From: Mobula hypostoma
Lineage: Eukaryota
Length of the DNA: 64,000 bases
NCBI RefSeq assembly: GCF_963921235.1
Contig: NC_086097.1
Coordinates: forward strand, 198,898,001-198,962,000
Direction: 5' to 3'
Shown: positions 36,029 to 49,200 of the stretch, in pieces
Numbering within the stretch: position 1 is the stretch's first letter
How the letters are laid out: each line of letters starts with the position of its first letter
Notes under the pieces: model-generated
What the model was told of the DNA's origin: nothing
Seen by the model: the letters and a program-made list of their open reading frames with translations, nothing else
Databases searched by the model: none
Made by a program: the position numbers and the translations under genes

Positions 36029-38112
36029 CTGGAAGAAGAACAGTAGTGCATTATCATGTAAATTATTCAGCTATTCCAATGTATCAAACCTTCAAAAGTG
36101 ACAGTTGATGGCATGGCTTACTAATTTCATTAATCACCATGTTGAAATGTTGTTATTTCTATTGAACCTATTAAATGTACCTATTGAACCCAATATTGTC
36201 TGCAGAATTATGTTTCATAATCTCAGAGAAAGAATTTAGCAACTATCACACAATACAGCAGATGTAACACATTAAAATTGAGCTTGATTTGCTCTTCATT
36301 TTTTTTAAAACTCATACAAACTTTTCTCCAGAGATTAGTGAACACTGATTATGAGTAGTGATTGGGTTTCATTTATTTTAAGCTCATGTTTACTAGTTTG
36401 GATTAAGAAATTTAGCACAGATGAAGGAATAATTATGGCATAGTCCCGATCTGTATAATTTTATCTTTCAGAATGATACAGAATTGTGGGTGCACCAAGT
36501 CATCATGTGAACCTACATTATTAACTAAACAGCAACAGCAACAATTTCTGGTAGTATGGTGCCATCAATATAGCAAATATTACCAAGGGTTTTACCAAAT
36601 AAAAGAATTGAGTGAAAGCCAGGAGTGGCAAATTTGCCACTCTGTAATGTTCTTAAGAATCACTGATAATGATTAATCTTAATTTGAAAATGATGTAAAC
36701 AAAATGCATCCAGTTTACTGAGTACAGTATTGATGATTGAATCGGCTCTAAAACTCAAGGTAAATTACTTCAATCATAATCAACATATTCATTTTGGAGC
36801 ATGCAAAAAAATTATAGCACAATACATTCATGAGTTGACATTATCTTTGAAAATACTGCACTAATTACAGCTGAATCCTCTTAGGCCTGTTGCTCAAAAA
36901 ATCAAAAATATGTTTTTTGCAGAAATACCTTACTATTATCATGAAGCTATTTCATGCAATACATGTTACCTGCCACTGTGTGTCATTGTAATACTTTATA
37001 ATTGAGAGAATAGAGAGGCAATAATCAAACATGTAAATGAATTATTTAAACATATCAGACATGTAAAATTAGTACACTAACATGTTTATGTATCATACTG
37101 GTATTGGGCAAAATGGGACATCAAAAGATTTACAGCCATTAAGCCAATGAATAATGGAATGAAGGACATAAATATTTACTTCAAATATTAGTAAATTGTA
37201 ATTAGATACTTAAAAGAATAATCTTAATTTTGGACAGAGGAAGAATTACCAGTCGAAGTAACATCTAGAAGATGGCTTTCTATTACAAATCAGTAATTGA
37301 TTAGAAGTGGTTCCTGATCTCAATGGCATGGTTAAACAGAAAACACAAAAGAAAGAATATAGAACAGTACGGCACAGGTACAGGCCCTTTGGCCCCTATT
37401 TCTGCATTGATCAAGCCAATTTAAATCAAGATCATCTGCCTGCATATGATCTATATCACTTTGTTCCCTTACCATGTGTCTGTCTAAATTCCTCTTTGTT
37501 ATGTATTCTTCCACCACCTCCCCTGGCAGTACTTTCTAGATACCACCATTCTCTGTGTAAAAATGCCCTGCAAATATTCTTTAAACTTCCCCCTCTCACC
37601 TTAAATTAGTGTCCTCTATATTTGACATTTCCACCCTGGGAGAAAGACACAGACTTCGTACCATATCTATGCCTCTCATATGTTCAGGTCACCCCCGACC
37701 ACCCCCCACCCTCCGATGCTTCAAGAAAACAATCAAATTTTATTCCGTTGTTTATTATTATTGTCATTGTGATCATTGTTGAAGTAACAGTGCTGGTTAC
37801 TCATTACTTCTACTTGCTCTAGTTTTAATGACTTCTGGTAAGATGGCGGCGCACTTGGGTGCAATTGCCTCTACAGGGCCAACCAAAGGTGTTACTGCCT
37901 GTTTGTTTTCAATTTTTACAATTGTAAGGCACTTCGGGACATTAAGAACTTCAAGTAATGGAGGTCTACACCATCAGCGAGTTGCTTGTTAGCGGAGGAT
38001 TTGAAGGAGTTGGACTCGGTATGGACCCGATTGCTGACTGCTATAGGAAGGCATCAGAGTCAGTGTGCAGTCAAAATATGAGTGATTGTCTCGGTTCTTC
38101 TTCTTGTGATTA

Positions 38113-39251
38113 AACATAGAAACATAGAAAATAGGTGCAGGAGTAGGCCATTCAGCCCTTTGAGCCTGCACCGCCATTCAGTATGATCATGGCTGATCAT
38201 CCAACTCAGAACCCTGTACCTGCCTTCTCTCCATACCCCCTGATCCCTTTAGCCACAAGGGCCATATCTAACTCCCTCTTAAATATAGCCAATGAACTGG
38301 CCTCAATTGTTTCCTGTGGCGGAGAATTCCACAGATTCACTACTCTCTGTGTGAAGAAGTATTTCCTCATCTCAGTCCTAAAGGGCTTTCCCTTTATTCT
38401 CAAACTGTGACCCCTTATTCTGGACTTCCCCAACGTCGAGAACAATCTTCCTGCATCTAGCCTGTCCAATCCCTTTAGGATTTTATACGTTTCAATAAGA
38501 TCCCCCCTCAATCTTCTAAATTCCAACGAGTATAAGCCTAGTTGAAAGTCCTGCCATCCCAGGAATCAATCTGGTGAACCTTCTTTGTACTCCCTCTATG
38601 GCAAGAATGTCTTTCCTCAGATTAGGGGACCAAAACTGCACACAATACTCCAGGTGTGGTCTCACCAAGGCCTTGTACAACTGCAGTAGTACCTCCCTGC
38701 TCCTGTACTCGAATCCTCTTGCTATGAATGCCAGCATACCATTCACCTTTTTCACTGCCTGCTGTACCTGCATGCCCACTTTCAATGACTGGTGTATAAT
38801 GACACCCAGGTCTCGTTGCACCTCCCCTTTTCTTAATCGGCCACCATTCAGATAATAATCTGTTTTCCTGTTTTTGTCACCAAAGTGGATAACCTCACAT
38901 TTATCCACATTAAATTGCATCTGCCATGAATTTGCCCACTCACCTAACCTATCCAAGTCACCCTGCATCCTCTTAGCATCCTCCTCACGGCTAACACTGC
39001 CGCCCAACTTCGTGTCATCCGCAAACTTGGAGATGCTGCATTTAATTCCCTCATCTAAGTCATTAATATATATTGTAAACAACTGGGGTCCCAGCACTGA
39101 GCCTTGCGGTACCCCACTAGTCACTGCCTGCCATTCTGAAAAGGTCCCGTTTATTCCCACTCTTTGCTTCCTGTCTGCCAACCAATTCTCTATCCACATC
39201 AACACCTTACCCCCAATACCGTGTGCTTTAAGTTTGCACACTAATCTCCTG
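38113..39251 (-). mobile_element. CR1 LINE, 5'-truncated, in the ADCY8 last intron
   Basis: ORFs 38516-39298 and 38206-38526 carry RT motifs; CATAGAAA tail repeats. Confidence 0.9.
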
Positions 39252-40219
39252 ATTGAAAGACTCTGTTGGACATTGGTAATATGGAATGCTGCGAGCATGG
39301 TTCACTGGTTTACTGGCGGTTACTGGAGGCAGGGGAGCAGCATGGCCTCGGTTGTAGCACAGACGAGGCTTCATGCAGCAGTGTTGCCTGTTGCAGCCAC
39401 CCAGGAGAGGTGACACCAAAGCCAATGTGGCGCAGTAACCATGATGGCATTGTGCTGCCCTCCAAAGTTTGCTCGGTGGAAGACAAACTGGATTGCATTC
39501 ACCTGCAGACTGCTGCAGGCTTTTTCTTGCCGATAACATTCATGGACTCAAGCATGAGCAATATTATGCTGTATTTTTTGTCTGACCGTATGTCTACTGC
39601 TATCTTATATGTGCTATATGTGTCTTGTGCTGTGTATGACTGTTAGCACTATGTTTTGTATCATGCCCCAGAGGAATGCTGTTTCATTTGGCTCCATTCA
39701 TAGGTATTCATGTATGGTTGAATGACAATTAAATCTGAACTTGGACTTAAACACTTCCAATGTTTTAGTTAAATGCATGATTGCCTTCTGATGAGAAGGA
39801 AGTCATTGATGAAACAGGTTAAGATGGTTATATAAAGGACAAGGCCTTGAAGAACCTTTGCACTGATGTTCTGGGGCTAGACTAGTTGATCTCCAACATT
39901 CACTGGCATCATCTTTTCTGTGAGGTGAGACTTCATTTAATTTCCTTTGATACCCATTGATTTCAGTTTACCTACCTTCTTGGTAACACTCTCTGTCAAA
40001 TACCCTTCTTCCCATTGGCTATCTATTTATCCATCATTATTGATGGCTAGATGTGTTCTGATTATAAAGTTTTAATTTGATCCTTTGGTTGTGAGATTGC
40101 TTGACTCTGCATGTTTTAGGCTGCTAAGTGCAAGTGAGTAGCTTTATAAAAAAAAAGGTAACATTACATTTTGTCCAAAATTTATTATGGTCATGGCTAG
40201 AATTAACTGCTGTCTGAGC

Positions 40220-41670
40220 AAGAACCTAGAACACTGCAGTTTGTCTACCACAACTACGGGCCTATAGTGGATGCAATCGCACTGGCTCTCCACTCTGCTT
40301 TGGAGCATCTAGATAACAGCAAAACATACGTAGGGCTGCTGTTTATTGATTACAACTTAGTGTTCAATACCATGAACCTATCAATATTAATCATGTAGCT
40401 TCCAAACTTGGGTCTCTGTCCCTCCTTCTGCAACTGGATCCTTGACTTCCTCATCAGGAGTACACAGTCAATACAGAAACACAATAAAATCTGCAGATGT
40501 TGGAAATCCAAAGCAACACTCACAAAATGCTGGAGGAACTCAGCAGGTCAGATGGCATCAATGGAACAAAGAAACAGTAGATGTTTCAGGTCAAGACCCT
40601 TCAGGACTGTCCTGACCGCTGAGTTACTCCAGCATTTTGTGTGTGTTACAGTCAATATAGATTGGCAATAACATTTCTACTTCAAAGACTGTCAACACAA
40701 ATGTACCTCAGGGATGCATGCTTAGCCCAGTGCTCTACTCCCTTTACATTCATGACTGTATATCTAAGCACAGCTCAAATGCTATCTATAACTTCGAACA
40801 TGACACCACTGTTGTTGGTTAAATATGAAGGCATACTGGAGATAGATAGACATAGAAACATAGAAAACCTACAGCACAATATAGGCCCTTCGGCCCACAA
40901 AGCTGTGCCAAACATGTCCTTACCTGAGAAATTACCCAGGGTTACCCATAGCCATCTATTTTTCTGAGCTCCATATACCTGTACAGGAGTCTCTTAAAAG
41001 ACCCTATCGTATCCGCCTCCACCACCATCGCCGCCATTCCACGCACTCACCACTCTCTGCGTAAAAAACTTACCCCGATATCTCCTCTGTACCTACTTCC
41101 AAGCACCTTAAAGCTGCGTCCTCTTGTGTTAGCCATTTCTACCCTGGGAAAAAGCCTCCGACTATCCACATGATCAATGCTTCTCATCATCTTATATACC
41201 TCTATCAGGTCACCTCTCATCCTCCATCGCTCCGAGGAAAAAAGGCCGAGTTCACTCAACCTAATCTCATAAGGCATGCTCCCCAATCCTTGTAAATCTC
41301 CTCTGAACCCTTTCTATAGTTTCCACATCCTCCGGTTGAGTGATCTGCTGGTTGAGTGGCGTGACAACAAAAACTTTGCCGTCAATGTCAAGAAGACTAA
41401 GGAATTGACTGTGGGCTTCAGGAAGGGGAAGTTGGGAAAAACCAACACCAGTCCTTATTGAGGGGGTCAGTGTTGGAATGGCTGAGCAGTTTTAGTTCCT
41501 GGATGTCAACATCCTGGAAGTATCTATCCTGGGCCCAACACATTGATGCAATCACAAAGAAGGCATACTAGTAGCTCTATTTTGCTAGGACTTTGAGGAA
41601 ATTTGGTATGTCACCAGAGACTCCATGGATGCACAGTGCAGAGTATTCTGACTGAATGCATCACAGAGCA
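40220..41670 (+). mobile_element. Decayed Rex1/Babar fragment with nested PLE mini-element (40474-40647) and CR1 3' end (about 40848-41332, minus)
   Basis: [13 protein letters not shown] motif. The PLE insert has TSD ACAGTCAATA at 40464-40473 and 40648-40657. Confidence 0.75.
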
Positions 41671-44600
41671 GATGTCTCATCTCACCATTTAATCATCCTT
41701 ATATATCTTTCTGCTGCTTAGGGGTGAACATAGAAATTATTGTAAGAGTTGAATAGACCAGGGATAAATCCTTGAGATAATAGTAAAATTCTCAGTGGAG
41801 GTCATATGTAATCATTAGCAGAATAATACAGCAACAGTCAGAGGACTTCACAATTATGTGATCTGCAGTGTTGCAGTTGTTCATTTTAAAAGGAAAGGGC
41901 CACTCTGTCTAGCAGCAATCAAGGTTCTGACAGGCATATTGGCAGTCTTTTAAGGTGAGCCATGGAGTTTCTGCATCAGCTGCTACTCCTGCTGTGACTT
42001 TTCCTTCACAATGAAAGATGTTATATTTCCTAAATCAAGGTGCAATTGAATAGTACAAGTGTCTTGAAAATCATTTGTAAAAAAGCAACACAAAATAATA
42101 TAGCATTTGAAAGTATGACATTTGTCAGTAAAATTTAATATTCTAGCACCTTTTTAGTTTATTAGCCTTGTAGGTGAGTGTCTTTGTCCTAGACTGCCGA
42201 CTGCTTCAGATTCCCAGGTGTGATGATCACTAACAATTTGTCCTGGCCCAGCTGCATGGACAGTATGGCAAGGTAACCCATCAAAACCTCTACTTCCTCA
42301 GAAGGTTAAGGAAATTTTACATGTCCCCAATGACTCTCCAAATTTTTGCAGCTGCACCATTGGAAGCATCCCACCTGGATGCATCACAACTTAGTATGAC
42401 AACTGCTCTGCCAAAGCCATGAGGAATTGCCGGCAGTTATGAATACAGCCCATTTCATCATCTCCACTATTGTCTCCATCCATACTTTAGGAAAGCAGCC
42501 AACAGAATTAACTACACCTCCCATCCTGCTCTTTCTTTCTCCAGTCTCTCATTGGGCAGAAGATACAGAAGCTTGAGAGCATATACCACCAGGCTCAAGG
42601 TCAACTGTTATCAGACTCAGGAACAGACGTCCCATATGTTAAAAGATGTCCTCTTGATCTCCTAGTCAACTTATGCAGAGCCCTTGCACTTTATTTGTCC
42701 ACCTGAACTGCACTAACTCTGTAAATGCAACATAATATTCTGCTCTTTGCTTTCACCTTTCCTTCAATGTACTTATGTATGAAATTACCTATCCAAATGG
42801 CATGCAAACAAACACTTTTCACTGTATCTTAGTGTATATGACAATAATAAAGCAATTCCAGATTCATTTCCCCTTGTGGCTGTAATGTGCTCACTGCTTA
42901 AGACTGATGCGCAGGCCCAATTGTAAGGGCATCTATGATGGATGTCCATTGTGTGTAGGTATGTTTGCTAGAGAAGTCATGGTGGAAAATGAACTGGTTC
43001 TCCCACAATCAGTATCTATAAACGAGTGCCTGCAAAAGATGGACAATTGATGTGTTTGCCCTTGGAGTGTTCTGTCATTACTTCAGTTTCGAGACCCAGA
43101 GGTGGGCTCCTAGTACTGGTGTCATGTCCTCAATGTCATATCACATTGGATCCCTTTTGCTCCTATTCCCCATTCTGTACATATAACTGGAGGAGATAAT
43201 GGATTCTTCATGACCTTTTCATTATCCTGCATTTGGAGGCAGTACTATTGTATGTGATGCAGTGCTTCAAAAAACAGGTGAAACTCAATCTCTCTTCAGT
43301 AAAGTCAAAAAAGAATTAGATCTCTGATTTACTTTATATAAAATAATCAGCTTTATAATTAAAATTGGGTAAGTAATTAGGTTAATGCTACTTTTTATTC
43401 AATTTTCTTGTGTGTCAACATTCCTAATGTCATTATTGCTGCTCTGAACCTGTCTGTTATGTCTCTGATTGGTTTTACTTTGGCCTCAATGACCTCCCTG
43501 GTTTTAATGCTCCACCATTACAGATCATGTCATCAGCTGCCTTATACATAAATGCTGAAATGCCCTCTATAATCTTCTCCATATTTCTACATCTCTAATT
43601 CTCTTTAAGCCTTTAAGCCCTTAAAATATATATTGGCCAAGGTTTTGGTCGTCTATCACAATGGGTGCTCAAACAATACAATGCAACATCTGATAATGTT
43701 CCTGTCTAGATATCACTGGGAAAGGATAAACGGGGAAGTGAAAATCAGGAGGAGAGGGAAAACTGGAGCGGGGTGATGGGAAATTGTAGAAAAGGGATTA
43801 AGCAGATCTCCCATGCTATGGATCATCCTGGTTTAGCCCTTGCACTCTAGTAGAGGGGTAATATAACCGTAAATTATTGTTGTCAATAATCGCTTACATC
43901 CACATAAGCATTCTACATAAAATATTCTGTTGCACTGATTAAAAATTAACTTTTGAATCTTTTCACTTACTAAGGTTAGAATATAAAAAAGATTTGCATT
44001 GTTTATATTGTAAGTTGGACATGATTTAAAACTACCATTGTATGTTTCATCCACCAGCACAGTAGAGCAGGGATCTACTGTTGGAATTCATCCTAGCAAT
44101 GTAATCATCTCGAAGTTGTATTCTGTGTACATAATGACTTTGTCAATGTATATGGCATGTTTGTTACTTACTGACAGAAATTGCATCAAAAGACTGTGAC
44201 CTGAACTCCACTATTGACTCACAGTTAAATAGGAAATACATTACGCAGAAGTTGTGAACTATATATGAATTAAAAGGTTCCTAATTGGACATAATTTTTA
44301 TTTTTATTGCCTCCTTTTATTGATTTCAATGTGCTGCTCTTTTGTAGACCATCAGCACTGACCAAAGTCTCTGCTACAACTGCAGTCTGTGGCCATAATG
44401 GCAAGATCATGATGGTGACATGGAACTCACAGGCACCATAGGGTCTAATGAGCCCAAGGACCCAACCAGGATGTCTCTGATTTTCCCTTCCCGACTTAAC
44501 CCTTCCCATTGATTACCCTCTCCCTCTGTTTTTTTTTAGTTACCTTCTGTTCCCCCACCCCACCCATTTTTCTTCTCACTTCTATGGCAGCATGCATGGC

Positions 44601-44946
44601 CAACATAGAGAGACACTAACAACACAGCTCACATCCCAACAGGTAGAAAGCAAATAATATAGCAGTCTTGGAGTCTCATAGCTCCTGCTGCGTGTGAAGG
44701 CACATACTTTCTTTTAGTGCCTTTAAATGCAACTTCTTTAAACAAGAATTTCCCAATTTAGCACTTTTTTTTAGTGTTTTCAGATTTGGTTTTAGGGCAC
44801 TATATTGCAGCCAACTAATGCACCAAAAAGGGACAAAATTAAATAACAAAGCAATTGTATTTACTATTTAAATGTCAGTTAATTGAAGTAGAAGTTTGCA
44901 GACCAAATAAAACTGAATAAGCAAATAGTATACAAATTATACTCAC

Positions 44947-45061
44947 CAACCCGAAGTTCAAAATTGTTGAAGGAATGTTTGTTTATTTCTTGTATGCTTT
45001 CATTTAAAGCAATGGTAAAGTCTGCTAGAGCACACAGATGGCCCCACTTCTCTTCACATTG
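44947..45061 (-). CDS. ADCY8: ADCY8 coding exon (C2 domain), penultimate
   Basis: ag|[38 protein letters not shown](G)|gtgagt; 115 nt, and the phase fits the terminal exon. Confidence 0.96.
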
Positions 45062-45163
45062 CTGTAAGTGGTAATTAATAGAAGATAATATTAATGACAG
45101 CTATATATATGGAAAACTGTGAAAAATTATGCACTTCGTCTAAATCGTTTGCTTTTTTTTTAC

Positions 45164-45256
45164 CTGCTTTTCAGGAGACAATCCAGATACAGCCATATAA
45201 GTGCTTCCAATTGTTTTAATTTTTTCAATATCTTGAAATCGCTCTTCTCCCAACAA
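45164..45256 (-). CDS. ADCY8: ADCY8 coding exon (C2 domain)
   Basis: ag|[31 protein letters not shown]|gt; 93 nt with the canonical [12 protein letters not shown] cyclase motif. Confidence 0.96.
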
Positions 45257-46136
45257 CTGCAAGAGGTATCGAGACAGATAAAGTAACTAAACAGAAGTGA
45301 GATAGTGAACTATCTCAAAGATTGTACTTAAGACTACTTCTATCTCCTCCATATCTCTTTAACATCCCCCTATTCTTCAAATGTGAAACATCTCCAACTC
45401 TTACCATTCTGGGCTCATATTCACACCTGATTTTGGCAGCTATACCTTCTTCCATTTTAGAATTCCATCTCTAGTAGTGAATTTCTTCCGCTACTTCTAT
45501 CTCCTCCTTCAAGTTATTCCTTCAGTCCCATCTCTTTGAATAAAGTCCGAATATTTCCATTTGAAATAAAGGGAATAGATAAAACGGCGATTATAAGCCC
45601 ATCACCCTAATGTCTGTAGCTGGCACATTTTAGAAACGTTAATTGAGAACAAATTCAGTTGGCACTTTGTAAATATTGGTCAGTGAAGAAAGCCTTGTCA
45701 AAGGCAAACAGTGTTTAACTTTCATTGTTTATTGAAACAACGGAGTGAGTGAATAAGGGTTGATGTCCATAGAATTGAAAGGCCAATGGCTGAACAGGAT
45801 ATAAACTGGTGATGGGAGTGAAAGCTGCAAGCAGTATTTGGAATAGTTGGGTTTCACATTGGAGTGGCGTGAATTGATGGATTGATTTTGGGTCAAAGTA
45901 TATTAATGACCTGGAACAGTATATGTAGCTCAATTTCAAAATTTGCAATTGACTCAAAGCTCAGAAGTAAGAAAGTAGCAAATGGAGTTTAATATAATTC
46001 ATTAGTATGTGAAAGATAAAAGGTATATGATAAATGATAATTTTAAAAAAGTTAAATAGATCTAAATAGTGTTTGCTTAAAATATTGTCTGTAGATTGTC
46101 TGTAAAAGTGACAGGATAAGTCGGGATGATGGCTAA

Positions 46137-46221
46137 GAATCAGAATCAGGTTTATTATCACTGGCATGTGACGTGAAATTTGTTAATTTAGCAGCAGCAG
46201 TTCAATGCAATACATAATCTA

Positions 46222-46256
<35 letters not shown>

Positions 46257-49200
46257 ATAAATAAAATAAAACATAAATAAACAAGTAAATTAATTATATA
46301 TTGAATAGATTATTTAAAAAATGTGCAAAAACAGAAATACTGTATTGTAGTCGCGCTGATACGCAACGAGTGAAAGCAACACACTGAGTCGAGTAGTGTC
46401 TGGTTGAACTGCTTACTGTTTCAATCCGCCCCGCTCTTTGTGGGGCAGCAGTGACGTCGGCTTCCGGGCCGAGGTCTGCCCCGCACTCAGAGCCCCCTTG
46501 GTTGCCGCTGGCTGTGGACTCGCCCGCAACTGCTGGAGCCAGTTCGATTGCTGCGTGGCCGAGCCGCCACATGACCCCCCCACCCCCACAGAACCAGCAC
46601 TAGGAGGTGCAGAGTCTACAGCCTGCACACTGTCAGTTCTTCTAGGTGGCCAGCCTTGGCGTCATGGGGGTGGCACCGCAACCGGGCGTTCAAGGTCTAG
46701 ATGCGCCGGTTTGAGACGGTTAATGATAAAAGTCTCTTCACGACCGCCGATGTTGAGAACGCAGGTCGTCCCATTACGGCGCACCACTTTGTAGGGACCT
46801 TCGTATGGTCGCTGCAGGGGTGGTCTGTGCGTGCCTTGGCGAATGAAAACATACTTGCTCTATTGTAGGTCCTCGGGCACGAAAGAGGGTGTTTTTCCAT
46901 GATGGGACATTGGGATGGGGCAAGTGTTCCAAGCTGCTCCCGGAGTTTAGTTAGGACCACCGTAGGTGTGTCCTCCTGGCCACGGGGTGCTGGCACAAAC
47001 TCACCGGGAACTGTGAGCGGGGCACCGTAAACAAGTTCGGCCGATGATGCGGCTAGGTCCTCCTTGGGTGCCGTGCGGACGCCAAGCAGCACCCAGAGGA
47101 GTTTGTCAACCCAGTCTGGCCCTCGGAGGCGTGCTATCAGTGCTGACTTCAAGTGCCTGAGGAAACGTTCCACTAGGCTGTTGGACTGCGGGTGGTAAGC
47201 AGTCGTTCGTTGGAGCTGGGTACCGAGGAGTTGTGCCAGTGCAGACCACAAAGCCGATGTGAACTGCGCACCCCTGTCGGAAGTGACGTGGGCTGGGAGT
47301 CTGAACCGTGCCACCCAGGTGGCAATCAGGGCTCTGGCGCATGTCTCCGTGCCGTGTCCGCGAGTGGGACAGCTTCTGGCCTCCTCGTGAACCTGTCCAT
47401 CATGGTGAACAGGTATCTCGCTCATCTCAAAACCGGCAGTGGGCTGACGATGTCCACATGGACATGTTCAAACCTCCTATGTGTCGGCTGGAAGGGTTGC
47501 AGTGGGGTCTTCACCTCCGGATTTTGAAGGTTTGCAGTGCGTGCATATCCTGGCCCAGTGCCCAACCTGCTTGTGTAGGCCGTGCCACAAAAACTTGTCT
47601 GCAATCAGCCGGATAGTCGCCTGGATGGAAGGGTGGGCTAAACCGTGCAAGGTGTCGAAAACATGGTGCCTCCAAGCGGTCGGGACAATGGGCCGAGGTT
47701 GCCTGGTGGACACATTGCAAAGGAGCTCATTACCTTCGGGCCTAAAGGGTATATCTTCGAGGCGGAGTCCTGAGACTGCGGTTCGGTATGCCGGCATCTT
47801 GCTGTTCAGTCGTTGCACCTTAGCTAACACCACATAATCCACCCCCGGAGACAGAGAGCGCACTGATTGGACGGAGGTGCTTGACAGCGCGTTGGCTACC
47901 ATGTTGTTCTTCCCAGAGATGTGCTTGATCGTGGTGGTAAACTCCGAGATGTACCACAGGTGGCGTTGCTGGCGGCCCAACCACGGGTCCGACACTTTGG
48001 CAAATGTGAAAGTGAGGGGCTTGTGGTCTGTGAAGACAATGCTTCCAGGAAGTACCTGAAGTGCCGGATGGCAAGGTACAGGGCCAGCAGCTCCCTGTCA
48101 AAAGTGCTGTACTTAAGTTCCGGGGGTCGTAGGTGCTGGCTGAAAAAAGCGAACGGCCTCCACTGGCCTTTGGTGAGCTGCTCAAGCACTCCGCCAACTG
48201 CCGCGTCGGAGGCATCCGCAGTGAGGGCAGTGGGGTCATCGACCCGGGGGTGGACCAGGAGTGTGGTGTTTGCTGGTATGTTCTTGGCTTGTTTAAAAGC
48301 CACCGTCGCCTCCTCAGTCCAGGTGACCTCTTTGACCTTGCCGGACATCAAGCTGAAAAGGGGCTGCATGATCCGGCTGCTGAGGGCAGGAAACGGTGAT
48401 AAAAGTTAACCATCCCAACAAATTCCTGCAGGCCTTTAACAGTGCTGGGTCTGGCGAATTGGTGGATGGCTTCAACTTTTGCCGGCAGGGGCACAGCTCC
48501 ATGGCGGTCGATCTGGTGGGTAAGCCGAACTGGCACTTGGCAGGGTTGATAGCCAGGCCATAGTTGCTTAGGCGGCAGCAGAGCAGGCGTAAATGTGCTA
48601 GATGTTCCTGGCGGGAGCGGCTGGCGATAAGTATGTCAAGCAGGTAGATGAACAGAAAGTCCAGTTCTCGCCCTACTGCGTCCATCAGATGGTGGAACGT
48701 CTACGCCGCGTTTTTGAGCCCGAATTGCATCCTGAGGAACTCGAACAGGCCAAAGGGGTAATGAGGGCCGTCTTGGGTACATCGTCCGGGTGGACTGGGA
48801 TCTGATGTTACCCTCGGACCAGGTCAATCTTCAAAAAGTGCAGGTTGGCCGTAAAGTCCTGGATGTGTGGTACCGGATATCGATCAGACGTGGTGGCATC
48901 GTTCAGCCTCCTATAGTCGCCGCACGGTCTCCACCCTCCCGCGGACTTGGGCACCATATGGAGTGGGGAGGCCCACGGGCTGTCGGAAAGCCGCACAATC
49001 CCCATCTCCTCCATCTTCTTGAATTCCTCCTTTGTGAGGCGGTGCTTGTTGGGCGGTAGCCTGCGGGCCCGGGCAGGAAGGGGGGGTCCCTGTGTGGGGA
49101 TGGGGTGCATCACGCTGTGCTTGGGGTCTGTTGAGGAAAACTGCGGCGTGAAGATAGATGGGAACTCTGATAACACTCTGGCGAACTCGTTGTCGGAATA

